A stretch of 64,000 nt of DNA from a virus (taxonomy: Duplodnaviria > Caudoviricetes), in IMG/VR virus record IMGVR_UViG_3300028886_000045; one strand, written 5' to 3'. The position numbers were made by a program, and so were the translations under genes. Below the pieces are notes generated by a model, which did not search any database, had not been told where the DNA came from, and saw only the letters and a list, made by a program, of their open reading frames with translations. This document shows, piece after piece, positions 10,001-18,278 of the stretch. The stretch's first letter is position 1, and every line of letters begins with the position of its first letter.

Positions 10001-13000
10001 CCATCGCCATCAATACCCACACGGCTTACTGAATACAAATCCGAAGGCTCGCCCGAACTATATTCTATATGCGTCCAAGTCCACATATATTTTCCGTCCA
10101 CGACTTGAGGCATTTCCGATTGAAACGCGCTGTTGTTTGGTCTTTCCCCCGTATCAGTCAAAGCGTACTTAATCGTTGTCTTACCCAAACTTTTACCTAC
10201 ACGGCTAACCGTGTAAACATCCGTTGGCTCACCTGCGCTATATTCCGTGTGCGTCCAACTCCAAAGAAACTGCCCATCATTCACTATCGGCATATTCTTC
10301 GTGAATTGGTTTGCGTTAGGTCTGTGTGCTTCATCTCCGTATTCACTTACGGCATACTTCACAGAACTTGAAACCGTTAGCACGTTACCCTCTTTGATAA
10401 TGCTAACCGAAACCTTACCCGTCAAGAACGCAAACATTGATTCACCAAACTCAATGTTCCCCAACATAGAATCGGGGTTATACAGATAGAACTCTATCGT
10501 TTCGTCATCTTCATTAATCGTCACACTTCGACTTGGTGTCGGTATAGGAAATTCTTGGTTACGACCTATGTAAACCTGTCTTTCCTCTTCGGTAACGTAT
10601 TCGGGCGCACTTTCACCCACTTGCTTAATGACATCACACGTTATTACCCTTACGTTTGGATTTCCCTCTGCGTCACGGATAACTTGTGATACACTTGGAA
10701 TAATCGTATAGTTTACGACTGAACCAACCTCGAAAACCTTGCTCCATTCGCTGTTTCCGCTTGCGTCAGGTGCTTTGGTGCTTGCAACAGAAGCCAAACA
10801 TTGCCATTTTGCATCCTTATAGAAAACCGTGTCATAGGTGGTATCTGTAACCACATAAGGGTCACTACTGCCCGCAACTTCTGCTGACCAATTACCCCTA
10901 TTCCTTTCCAACTTAATAACTTGACCCTTGTAATCTATGTAATGCACATCTTGTAAGAACGCGCCACGGCAATACAAATAAGGCTGTGTCTCGTCCATTG
11001 AATAACCCTTGAAAGACGAAAGGTTAAAAGGCAAACCAAAGAAGGCGGCGTAGTTGTCCTCATCCAATATAGGCTTATCCACACCATCCAACATAGTTAT
11101 ACGCTTTTCGTAAGAGGAAATGTACCAAGAGGATTGTCTTGTGTTTATCCACCTGTTCCCCTTTGCCACGATAAAGGACTTGTAATCGTTGTTGTTGTGG
11201 CTTTCTTCTGACGGATAGACATTGTTTCCCCACCTATTCAGCATAAGCAACTCCGTAGGCGCATAGTTCTTACCCGATGGAACGCCTAAGTTGTTCTTCA
11301 CCTTTTCGCCATCCAACAGATAATAATCCTCTTCGTTCACCACCGTACCCTCGAAATCTTCTTTCAGCACATAAGGCGGTGCGATAAAATATGACACTTG
11401 CGGTATATCGTTTCCGTTTATATCCTTTTCATAGACGATATTTCCGCTTTCGTCTTTCATATACACGGGTCTGTCTGAACCATAAGCCATTACATCTATA
11501 TAGTTCTCGCCATTTTCACCCATTTCTGCCTTTACATCCGTAACATAGTAGAAACAAGTGAAATACTGACCGCCTCCCAATTCTGCAAGGTTGTTTACCA
11601 CACCCCTTAACACATCACCCTTTCGGAAAGCGTTATAGTCGGTTTCTGAACGCTTTTTAAGATAGCACCTATACGCGCCCGTATTCGGCAAACTTACGAC
11701 CTTATCCACCGTGCCACTTTCTGTATATACGGTGTCACCCTCTTGTGCGCTAAGTCTGTTATATACCAATTCCAACACCTTTAGGGATGAGCGGATTTCC
11801 GCGCTTTCAATCTGCAAGTTACCATTTTCATCCAACTGCCAACCGCGCCCAAAATCCATTGAATTGATAAACACCTTTGAACGGAGAGCCTTTGCAAATT
11901 CCACATAGTTCCCAAAGCGTGCCTTTCCTTGTGCGTTCAATTCACCCTTTACGTTGGTGTCGTTTACTTCTGTCATACCGATTGCCTTTAATCCCTCGGC
12001 AAACGTAATGATACCCTCAGCAACATCATCATCCAAAGCGTTCAAGAATTGCCTTTGACTTCGCAAAGCGGAATATACGTTGCTATCGCTTGGTGCTGTC
12101 GAGTCGTGGTCTTTGATAACGTAGAAATTACCACCGCCATTGCTTACGGTAACGCTTGCACCATTCATTTTAAGGCTTTCAATCTGTTCGGAAAGTGCCT
12201 TTAGCGTTGAATATGCTGAACTTTCGCCTAACGTGTACCTTGGTGCGTCAAACGGAAAGTCCAACTTGCACTCCATACCAATGACACGCGAATATCTATA
12301 TCCCTCCTTGAAGAAAGCACTATCATTCAGCCTTACCCTATGTCCCAACTGAAACAAAGGCAAAGTTTCCGCGTCCGAATATCCTTGCATCTGCCTTTGC
12401 AATACTTCCATAGGATTCTCGCACACCATAGCATTGACATCAAAAGTCCTATCATCAACCTTTGATTTTGCCATGTACTTCTTCATTTCAATAGCCAACT
12501 CTTCCTCTGCCATTGTCAAAAGTTGGTCTCCTACCAAATCCGTATCAAAATTGAAGAATACAAGTTTGTCACCTTTTTGTGGGTACAACACATCATCGGG
12601 GATTGGTCTGCCATAATCCTCGTTCCTTACAATCTCGAAAATCTGTGAATCTTCTGACTTTTCAGTTCGCGCGTTAGGGTTAAACAGCACCTCGAAAGTC
12701 ATGCCGTTCAACTTACCTGACAAGAACTTGCACGACAAAGTTTTGCCATTCAGTATATAGTCTTTGTAGAAATGGAAAGTACCGTTTGGAAACTTCGTTT
12801 GGTCAACGGCTACCCTAAGTTGGTACGCATTCCAAGGGGTCTTGACCTTTTCGCCATTGGATAGTTTCTCCTCGTCATACTTTACCTTTGTCGCAATTTC
12901 ATCTACCAAAAGTTCCTGTCGTGGGAAAATATCGTCATTTGCAACAACGGCTTCAATGATTTCACTTTCGGGTAGATTCTCCTCCGCGTCTATGTTATTG

Positions 13001-14700
13001 TATGGGTATTCAGCCGTTTCGGGCAACATAAGGCGTGTGGCAACAACACCATTTTGCACCACATCATTCCCATAGTTCTTTGAATAGTAAGATGATTTAA
13101 TCTTACCCTTGTTAATATTTGTCATTGTGTAGATGTCACCGCTTTGCAATCCTACACAATCAAATACCAACTTGTCCATATTGTCACCCTTTGGGGTAGC
13201 CGTTGCTGAAATCGTCTGCCCTTTCAACGTACCCGACAATACGTTAATATCCGTATTCACCGTTACATCGCTAAACACGGCATTCAATCCGTTTGTCGTA
13301 ATCGTCAAGTCGTGCTCCGTATCATCCAAGTTGTCTATGTCAAGCACCAAGTACAATCCCGTGCCTACGTTCCCATCGAATGATACCAACCCATCAAACG
13401 TAATACCTAAGATTGCGGTCTTTTCGTTTGTAAGCGTTACAGAATCAAACACCAACCTTTGCCCCTCGTTGTTATTTTCAATGTCCTCTTGTGTTCTGAA
13501 AAACAACGTAGCGGAAACAAAAAGATTTACGTTTTGCGTGCAACTGACCATGACCCTACCGTTGTCAATAGTCATTGCATACACGCCTTTTTGCGCCCTT
13601 GCGTTTCCGTTCTTTGGGAAATAGTAATCTGTCGAAGCAACGCCCTCACCATTCTTTGAAACGCGCATTTTGCCATTATACAAAACGCCATCCACCTTAC
13701 CCTTGCTGTATTCGCTTGTTTCGCCTTTCGTTCCATTCAGAATGTCAGTCCAACGCTCCTTTAGCGAATATGAAAGGTTTACGATTTCAGACGGAAAGTT
13801 AAGGGTTTCCGTATTCAAATCATCAAGCGTTAGTGTTGAGTACTTGAAGAAAGAAGGTGTTAGTGGTCTTGTGTGGTCTATCGCCTTATCATCTACCCCC
13901 GTACTAAATTCCAATTTCTTTCTATACCACGAAGGTATGTTCTTTTCAGAACCGAAACAATAGATACGGGTAGCATAGGTATTCTTAGAACCCGAAGACG
14001 AAATGCCCGACAAGTTCCTACCCTCTTCCAAAACAACACAATCCTCATCCCTTGTTTCCAATTCACACCTTCCGAAATGGATAACGCTATCATCCACCCA
14101 CCACTCGCATTTCCACGCTTGCGCAATAGTCGTTAAGGCACTATAAAGGCTTACGCTATCAAACGAAATAGCCTTTGCCTCCTCATAGTCAATTTCTTGT
14201 GTTGCAAACGTAGAAATTTGGTATGTATAATCTGTAAAGGTGTCCTCACCATTGACAACAGAATGAAAGCGATAACCATACTTTTTAAGGTTATCCACGA
14301 ACAACTGCACGAAAATTTCCAAACGTGCGCTCAAAGTCCATGATGCTTCACGCGAACCATAAACGGGGGAATATTTGTAAAGCCTATTCTTCCATTCAAC
14401 ATAGTACCTATCCATGCGCAACTCGTATTTATACACGTTACCCTCGCGCCTTGGATTCTGTTGTTCTGTTACGATATATTTGCCTGCTACATAGGACGGT
14501 TGCAGTATCTTATCGCCTATAAAGCAATAAGAACCAATAGGAAAATATATCGCCTCCGTCAAGTTGAAAACCAACTGAATATAATCATCCCCCATCAGTT
14601 TTGCAACCCTTACGGAATTTGGCGTAATAGGTACAACCACATCGGAGAAACCGCGCCCCCTATGTATTGTAATTTCAGAAGAATAACCTTGCAAATCCAT
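7096..14700 (-). CDS. Large tail tip / hub-central fibre protein (2534 aa)
   Basis: N-terminal part resembles Bacteroidales phage tail hub proteins (ALTTIAQAWKCEWW, YATRIYCFGSEKNI). It is followed by repeated W.W...Y beta modules and CBM-like regions, and lies downstream of the TMP and Dit-like genes. Confidence 0.8.
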   Translation of the reverse strand: MDLQGYSSEITIHRGRGFSDVVVPITPNSVRVAKLMGDDYIQLVFNLTEAIYFPIGSYCFIGDKILQPSYVAGKYIVTEQQNPRREGNVYKYELRMDRYYVEWKNRLYKYSPVYGSREASWTLSARLEIFVQLFVDNLKKYGYRFHSVVNGEDTFTDYTYQISTFATQEIDYEEAKAISFDSVSLYSALTTIAQAWKCEWWVDDSVIHFGRCELETRDEDCVVLEEGRNLSGISSSGSKNTYATRIYCFGSEKNIPSWYRKKLEFSTGVDDKAIDHTRPLTPSFFKYSTLTLDDLNTETLNFPSEIVNLSYSLKERWTDILNGTKGETSEYSKGKVDGVLYNGKMRVSKNGEGVASTDYYFPKNGNARAQKGVYAMTIDNGRVMVSCTQNVNLFVSATLFFRTQEDIENNNEGQRLVFDSVTLTNEKTAILGITFDGLVSFDGNVGTGLYLVLDIDNLDDTEHDLTITTNGLNAVFSDVTVNTDINVLSGTLKGQTISATATPKGDNMDKLVFDCVGLQSGDIYTMTNINKGKIKSSYYSKNYGNDVVQNGVVATRLMLPETAEYPYNNIDAEENLPESEIIEAVVANDDIFPRQELLVDEIATKVKYDEEKLSNGEKVKTPWNAYQLRVAVDQTKFPNGTFHFYKDYILNGKTLSCKFLSGKLNGMTFEVLFNPNARTEKSEDSQIFEIVRNEDYGRPIPDDVLYPQKGDKLVFFNFDTDLVGDQLLTMAEEELAIEMKKYMAKSKVDDRTFDVNAMVCENPMEVLQRQMQGYSDAETLPLFQLGHRVRLNDSAFFKEGYRYSRVIGMECKLDFPFDAPRYTLGESSAYSTLKALSEQIESLKMNGASVTVSNGGGNFYVIKDHDSTAPSDSNVYSALRSQRQFLNALDDDVAEGIITFAEGLKAIGMTEVNDTNVKGELNAQGKARFGNYVEFAKALRSKVFINSMDFGRGWQLDENGNLQIESAEIRSSLKVLELVYNRLSAQEGDTVYTESGTVDKVVSLPNTGAYRCYLKKRSETDYNAFRKGDVLRGVVNNLAELGGGQYFTCFYYVTDVKAEMGENGENYIDVMAYGSDRPVYMKDESGNIVYEKDINGNDIPQVSYFIAPPYVLKEDFEGTVVNEEDYYLLDGEKVKNNLGVPSGKNYAPTELLMLNRWGNNVYPSEESHNNNDYKSFIVAKGNRWINTRQSSWYISSYEKRITMLDGVDKPILDEDNYAAFFGLPFNLSSFKGYSMDETQPYLYCRGAFLQDVHYIDYKGQVIKLERNRGNWSAEVAGSSDPYVVTDTTYDTVFYKDAKWQCLASVASTKAPDASGNSEWSKVFEVGSVVNYTIIPSVSQVIRDAEGNPNVRVITCDVIKQVGESAPEYVTEEERQVYIGRNQEFPIPTPSRSVTINEDDETIEFYLYNPDSMLGNIEFGESMFAFLTGKVSVSIIKEGNVLTVSSSVKYAVSEYGDEAHRPNANQFTKNMPIVNDGQFLWSWTHTEYSAGEPTDVYTVSRVGKSLGKTTIKYALTDTGERPNNSAFQSEMPQVVDGKYMWTWTHIEYSSGEPSDLYSVSRVGIDGDGIYNVQVDYYQDASGTLTTEQLEQKTWLEDCPTLIEDYWLYVRTSIVYDAGKNPVRSYTRTQNGKGSYYAGMEEYYAVGDNATTPPSGFPNSVTFEKGVAKYPNGAQMTIDKTIWKEGIKPTAEEYSKKPYLWNFEISLDSSGNRYVTSPLCIGNNAKGIQYIIEEYAISANSEAGEGRDYPSDIVETDWTDEQADATPNEGNPYQWNRTTTVYTTKTANGRDFDKDVHYHISAVKGSNGADGVQPNLFGYESELVNGMGFGTLVHTSDGFCAYANNTNAASGMNVCSMNIVVPNLMQGKMYAVSFMVKVPKTSDVTVNINNSTPNNVRVVASTETEVAVKGLIVNNTIGIRITPTSGALQGLVTFSRFKVEYAEDIAGISTAFSGLAEDKIPQGQNLLSECGLFGNSWTKHADSTTEEEYFQGHTALYLYHDIENASITMASHEVTLNGGNWYTLSFWAKGSGGKDCFKAEIQGVESTYVQRLQNVVSVCVTESGALVKENGQTPYGKFNFSSKWKRYTLTFYAPSNSTIKARVRFICQKDGEYYYIAMPKLEIGEKATDWQLSEADRKGLGQRGIRGAILRGPSLWNKDTTYMGGADNELYQDMVMRTVNGVTTFYLCRRSNSNRDPDNTAYQTNSAVAPEGTYWQKSQVSDFVATKVLFAERGKIEDADLVNVTIRGTITSDSEYIEGTQENKTVIVNAKNLKSIVLADMQDGISRMVVLPMLEDFRDENSNFKVFGYPISGTTFKIQTEPCMEVLNWASLNLENWNSVQAQVGTLFKHSTLVCADPYTLVLGESRNGIKDPSHPWGGGAALTEGNNCHGRFSCRGILTRFILLPPGQSLSLTSSIQKVKIKNTTYKEECLVWNVENASDFVPIDIIMTNKAKVSMGNEYSYRFYDSSAGMSPISGNETWQEVLLSYKGMSAKVYMDSENGNLVTDSIKICIELADGNYLPFWMPVSESYKYSLT

Positions 14701-14764
14701 AATATCTAATCTGTATTTATTTATCGTTTTTAATCAACTTTGTGAAAGTTTGCAACTTACGTTG

Positions 14765-14836
14765 CAAAGGTACGAAAAAGGCACAAAAAAAATGGATGCA
14801 ATATGCACCCATTCTTTCACGTTGTAACGTAGTGAA
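14765..14836 (-). promoter_or_regulatory. Class II promoter for tail hub gene
   Basis: caaaggta at 14765-14772; TTCA at 14816, N13, TGAA at 14833-14836. Confidence 0.65.
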
Positions 14837-14840
14837 TAAA

Positions 14841-15257
14841 TCACTCCTTTTTATCGGTTTCCGCTTTCTTTATTTCGGCTAATTTCTTGTACTTCTTCTC
14901 GTCATAGAACTTATCAAACAAATCCGTCCAATCTATTTGTTCGTTCACAGAACGGCACGTTTGCTCAATCCTATCAAGTGACGCAATAATATCGCGAACC
15001 TTATCCGTCACAATTTCGTCAAACAACTCACGCGCTTTTGTCTTTATATTGTAATCTAACAAATCATCAAGCCGTGTCACAAACTTTTCAATGTTCAACT
15101 CACGCCCATTACAAGTTAGATGTATATCCAACTCGTCAGAACCGTTCTTTTGCAGTTCTTCGCTAATCGCCAAAGCATCGCCTTCTTCCATACTATGCAA
15201 TAGCATAAAAGCAACATCATTCTTTCGCGAATCAAAGTTTTCAACCTTAAACTTCAT
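14841..15257 (-). CDS. Hypothetical protein
   Basis: 138-aa ORF following the MutS_I-like gene. Confidence 0.7.
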   Translation of the reverse strand: MKFKVENFDSRKNDVAFMLLHSMEEGDALAISEELQKNGSDELDIHLTCNGRELNIEKFVTRLDDLLDYNIKTKARELFDEIVTDKVRDIIASLDRIEQTCRSVNEQIDWTDLFDKFYDEKKYKKLAEIKKAETDKKE

Positions 15258-15277
15258 ATTGCTATATTTACAGATTA

Positions 15278-15565
15278 TTACTTTTTGTAAATCGGATATT
15301 CAACGATTGCCACACGCTTTCCACACCTTACGAGCCTTGGTAAATAGATGTCAAGTGCTGGTCGTGGGAAACAAAGGTATTTCATGCCATTCTTACGCTT
15401 TTTTTGCGTACACAACTTAATGACTTCTTTCACCTCCTTTATATCGTCTTCATAGACATCATAGAAATCATTATCCCTAAAAAGCATTATTACATTAGGG
15501 TTATCTTTCTTGAAATCTTCGTAATATTTCTTGATTGCGTTCTCGTTATTCTCCAAATTCTTCAT
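15278..15565 (-). CDS. Stand-alone MutS domain I-like protein
   Basis: Y..FK...P..IMLFR..DFY..Y.DD and FP..ALD.YL..LV..G.RVAIVE match MutS N-terminal domain motifs. Confidence 0.75.
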   Translation of the reverse strand: MKNLENNENAIKKYYEDFKKDNPNVIMLFRDNDFYDVYEDDIKEVKEVIKLCTQKKRKNGMKYLCFPRPALDIYLPRLVRCGKRVAIVEYPIYKK

Positions 15566-15574
15566 ATTGCTTTT

Positions 15575-15600
15575 GGCTTTGTTATCCTCTCAGCCGTGAG
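15575..15600 (-). ncRNA. 5'-leader H-type pseudoknot, copy 1
   Basis: RNA CUC AC GGCU GA GAG GAUAACAA AGCC; AUG at 15565; -7 box at 15634-15641. Confidence 0.8.
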
Positions 15601-15793
15601 TTCAAAGTTGTTATTTGTTTCTTATTTACATTGCAAAGGTACTAATATTTTTTGACATATACAAATTTTTTGCCAATTTTTTTTCATAGGAATATAAAAA
15701 AATCCGTTTACTGCCATCCCCACAAAACAAAAGGGGTGCTCGTCTTTCAACAAACACCCCACACAACTAAACTTTTTTATATGTTATTTACTT

Positions 15794-16171
15794 TCAATTC
15801 TTTTCTTTTGCCCACTCTTCAAAGGCATCACTATACGCATAGCGAATAAATAGCATATCACCGCTACCGTCACACCACCAATCATTACAGTGCGAAATAT
15901 AACGCCCTACTTTGTTGTGTTCACCCTTGCATAACTTCTTGTATATAGAACGAAACATGGTTGAAACCACGCGCCCCTTAAAGTGACCGCCTAACTTTGC
16001 GTCATTGGTGCAGTACCCCATCATCCCATCGGTTTCAATATTGCCGTTATCGTCAAGAAACTCCATATCACCGTCACCCCAACTACCGTAGTTGATAGTG
16101 TCTTTTAATAGTTGTTTCTCATCGTCTGTCAGAACTGAAACAATCTGCTTTACTATTTCCATTGCGTTCAT
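15794..16171 (-). CDS. Hypothetical protein
   Basis: ORF; likely start MNAMEIVK at 16171, coupled to the upstream stop. Confidence 0.7.
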   Translation of the reverse strand: MNAMEIVKQIVSVLTDDEKQLLKDTINYGSWGDGDMEFLDDNGNIETDGMMGYCTNDAKLGGHFKGRVVSTMFRSIYKKLCKGEHNKVGRYISHCNDWWCDGSGDMLFIRYAYSDAFEEWAKEKN

Positions 16172-16548
16172 GCCTTTTCCTCCTTGTAATAACATTCTAC
16201 TTTCAGCCCATTACGCACCATGTATTTAAGCAATACCTTGCTTTCCTTGTAGAACAAATTAAGCCTAACCTTCTCAATCTTTTTGGCACTAAATATGTTC
16301 TCGAATGGTTTTTCACCATTACATTTAATGCTATACTTTAGGCTTCTTTCGTCATTAAAGTATGTCACCAACTGATGAACCCAAGGCAATTTTGGATTTT
16401 GGGGGTGTTCTTCTTTGTAAACATAGACGAACACCGCAAGGCAGTTTCCTTGTCTTATGTCAATCTTAAACTTACGAGGCTTTACCTCGTCACCCCTTTG
16501 CTGAACTATTGTAATAGTACCAAGTTTTGATGAATAATAATGTAGCAT
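16168..16548 (-). CDS. Hypothetical protein
   Basis: 126-aa ORF. Confidence 0.7.
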   Translation of the reverse strand: MLHYYSSKLGTITIVQQRGDEVKPRKFKIDIRQGNCLAVFVYVYKEEHPQNPKLPWVHQLVTYFNDERSLKYSIKCNGEKPFENIFSAKKIEKVRLNLFYKESKVLLKYMVRNGLKVECYYKEEKA

Positions 16549-16626
16549 AGTCTTATCTCCTATTCTTTTGATTATGATTTATTTCTAACATTTGGCAGAA
16601 AAAGCGGTCATTACAACCGCCTTTTG

Positions 16627-17238
16627 CTATTCGCGCCAATCGTCATAAATCTCGATATAGCCTTCATTTACCACGACCTTACCATATTTCTTAATGAAAT
16701 TCATAAGGTCTTCAAGGCTGTTAATTCTAACATACCAATCGTACTCTTCGCCTTCTTTGCGATAAGCCTCCTCGCATGGTTTAGTATCTGACCATGCACT
16801 TGTTCTTGATACTTTGTACTCTATACCCATATTGCTATTATCTTTGTCTTGTGACTTGTTATCGCTTGGTAACTCGTCATAATACCAACCATCACGATGA
16901 TACACGTTGAACACTTGCTCATCAACAGAAACGTAACAATATCCATCTTCGTCACGTTGTGATTCTAAGTCTTTCAGACTGAAAACGCCCTCAGTCTTTA
17001 CACCCTTTGGGTCTATTCTGTCACCGAACAAACGCCAATCCCCATTGTCCAACTCTTCACCCTCATAGATGAACCACACATAAGAATCCAACGCAGTTCT
17101 AAGTTTGAGCAAAACGCGCTTTTCTTTCTGCCACTTCGTGCTTCCAATAGGTGAAAGGTGGAGTGCCATCTGTGAACGCATTGGGATTTCAAGGCTCTTC
17201 TTCATACCTCTGTGCTTGATTTCTTTCATACTCTTCAT
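16627..17238 (-). CDS. DUF2958-like protein with extra C-terminal domain
   Basis: WFIYEGEE..GDWRLFG..EG.FSL.DLES motif. Start moved to 17238 because the ORF-track extension runs through the promoter and leader. Confidence 0.6.
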   Translation of the reverse strand: MKSMKEIKHRGMKKSLEIPMRSQMALHLSPIGSTKWQKEKRVLLKLRTALDSYVWFIYEGEELDNGDWRLFGDRIDPKGVKTEGVFSLKDLESQRDEDGYCYVSVDEQVFNVYHRDGWYYDELPSDNKSQDKDNSNMGIEYKVSRTSAWSDTKPCEEAYRKEGEEYDWYVRINSLEDLMNFIKKYGKVVVNEGYIEIYDDWRE

Positions 17239-17247
17239 ATGCTTGGT

Positions 17248-17273
17248 GGTCTTGTTATGCTCTTGACCGTGAG
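17248..17273 (-). ncRNA. 5'-leader pseudoknot, copy 2
   Basis: CUC AC GGUC AA GAG CAUAACAA GACC; AUG at 17238; -7 box at 17312-17319. Confidence 0.8.
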
Positions 17274-17461
17274 TAAAAAGGTGAAACAACTTGTAATTCT
17301 TAATTACAATGCAAAGGTACACATTTTTCTTGAAACTTCCAAATTTTTTACCAACTTTTTTCAAAAAAAATAAAAGAAATTGGTATTTTTGCCGTTTTTG
17401 TAATCCCTACATGGCAATTTTATACCAATTTCCTAAAATTTGTATTCAAAAAATCCGTTTT

Positions 17462-17869
17462 CTAAATTCTGTTGCGTGGGTTCGGTTCGTCAAACCCTAA
17501 TGTAATAGTAGCCGTATAATTCAAATCTTCGCTTATAGACGCGCTTTTTCCTGTATATATAAGGTGGAAAACTACGTTTGGCATACCATCCACCTCCAAG
17601 TTAAAACTATCGCCATACGCTAAATTTAGTAGGTTTTCTTTTCGCGTTTCATATTCAGCCTTTGTCTCACCAAACACGACAAACGGCAATGTAAGGGAAC
17701 GCGCCTTGCATCTTCTGAACAAAGGCAATGCCCTATTGCCATTTTCTAAACGCGATGTATTGGTTACATAGTCTTTCATTTCCAAAGGCTGTTTTAAGGT
17801 ATTCAGAAAACCCTCGCCCATCATCACGCCTACCAAGTAATTACCATTTACTTTTATCTGTTTCAACAT
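17462..17869 (-). CDS. Putative distal tail (Dit-like) protein, paralog 2
   Basis: Follows the TMP; clearly paralogous to 17871-18275. Confidence 0.65.
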   Translation of the reverse strand: MLKQIKVNGNYLVGVMMGEGFLNTLKQPLEMKDYVTNTSRLENGNRALPLFRRCKARSLTLPFVVFGETKAEYETRKENLLNLAYGDSFNLEVDGMPNVVFHLIYTGKSASISEDLNYTATITLGFDEPNPRNRI

Positions 17870-17870
17870 A

Positions 17871-18275
17871 TTACCCCCTTTTTCTATATGGTTTCGGTTC
17901 GTTAAATCCCAATGTTAGCAAACACGACAATCCGTTATCTGCATAACTTACGTTTTTGCCCGTATATATCAGTTCATGCACCTCGCTTTCATCGTGGGAC
18001 GTACTTAATTCTATCTTATCGCTATCCACCAAGTCCAATAAATGCGCCTTATTGGTTTCAAAATCCGCTTTCGTATCGCCAAAGACTACAAATGTAAGGA
18101 CGAGGGAACGTGCCTTAAAGCGGTTCGGCATATCCACCAAGGTTTTCCCATTTTTTAGCCTTGATTCGTTGTATATACACTCTTTACGTTCAAGGGGTTG
18201 GTGGAGGGCGTTCAAGAAACCGTCCCCCATCATTACCCCATTAACGTATGCACCATTTATCTTTATCTGTGCCAT
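17871..18275 (-). CDS. Putative distal tail (Dit-like) protein, paralog 1
   Basis: Immediately after the TMP; shared GVMMG.GFLN.L.QPLE.K and KARSL.L.FVVFG.TKA motifs. Confidence 0.65.
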   Translation of the reverse strand: MAQIKINGAYVNGVMMGDGFLNALHQPLERKECIYNESRLKNGKTLVDMPNRFKARSLVLTFVVFGDTKADFETNKAHLLDLVDSDKIELSTSHDESEVHELIYTGKNVSYADNGLSCLLTLGFNEPKPYRKRG

Positions 18276-18278
18276 ATC

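Noticed and set aside
1-14700. Diversity-generating retroelement or invertible tail-fibre cassette
   Set aside because: No reverse transcriptase, template/variable repeat pair, recombinase or inverted fibre segments seen in the window.
17239-17364. N-terminal extensions given by the ORF track (also 46116-46163, 36663-36803, 59634-59708)
   Set aside because: They run through promoter/leader sequence or an upstream gene. Downstream AUGs fit the conserved spacing.
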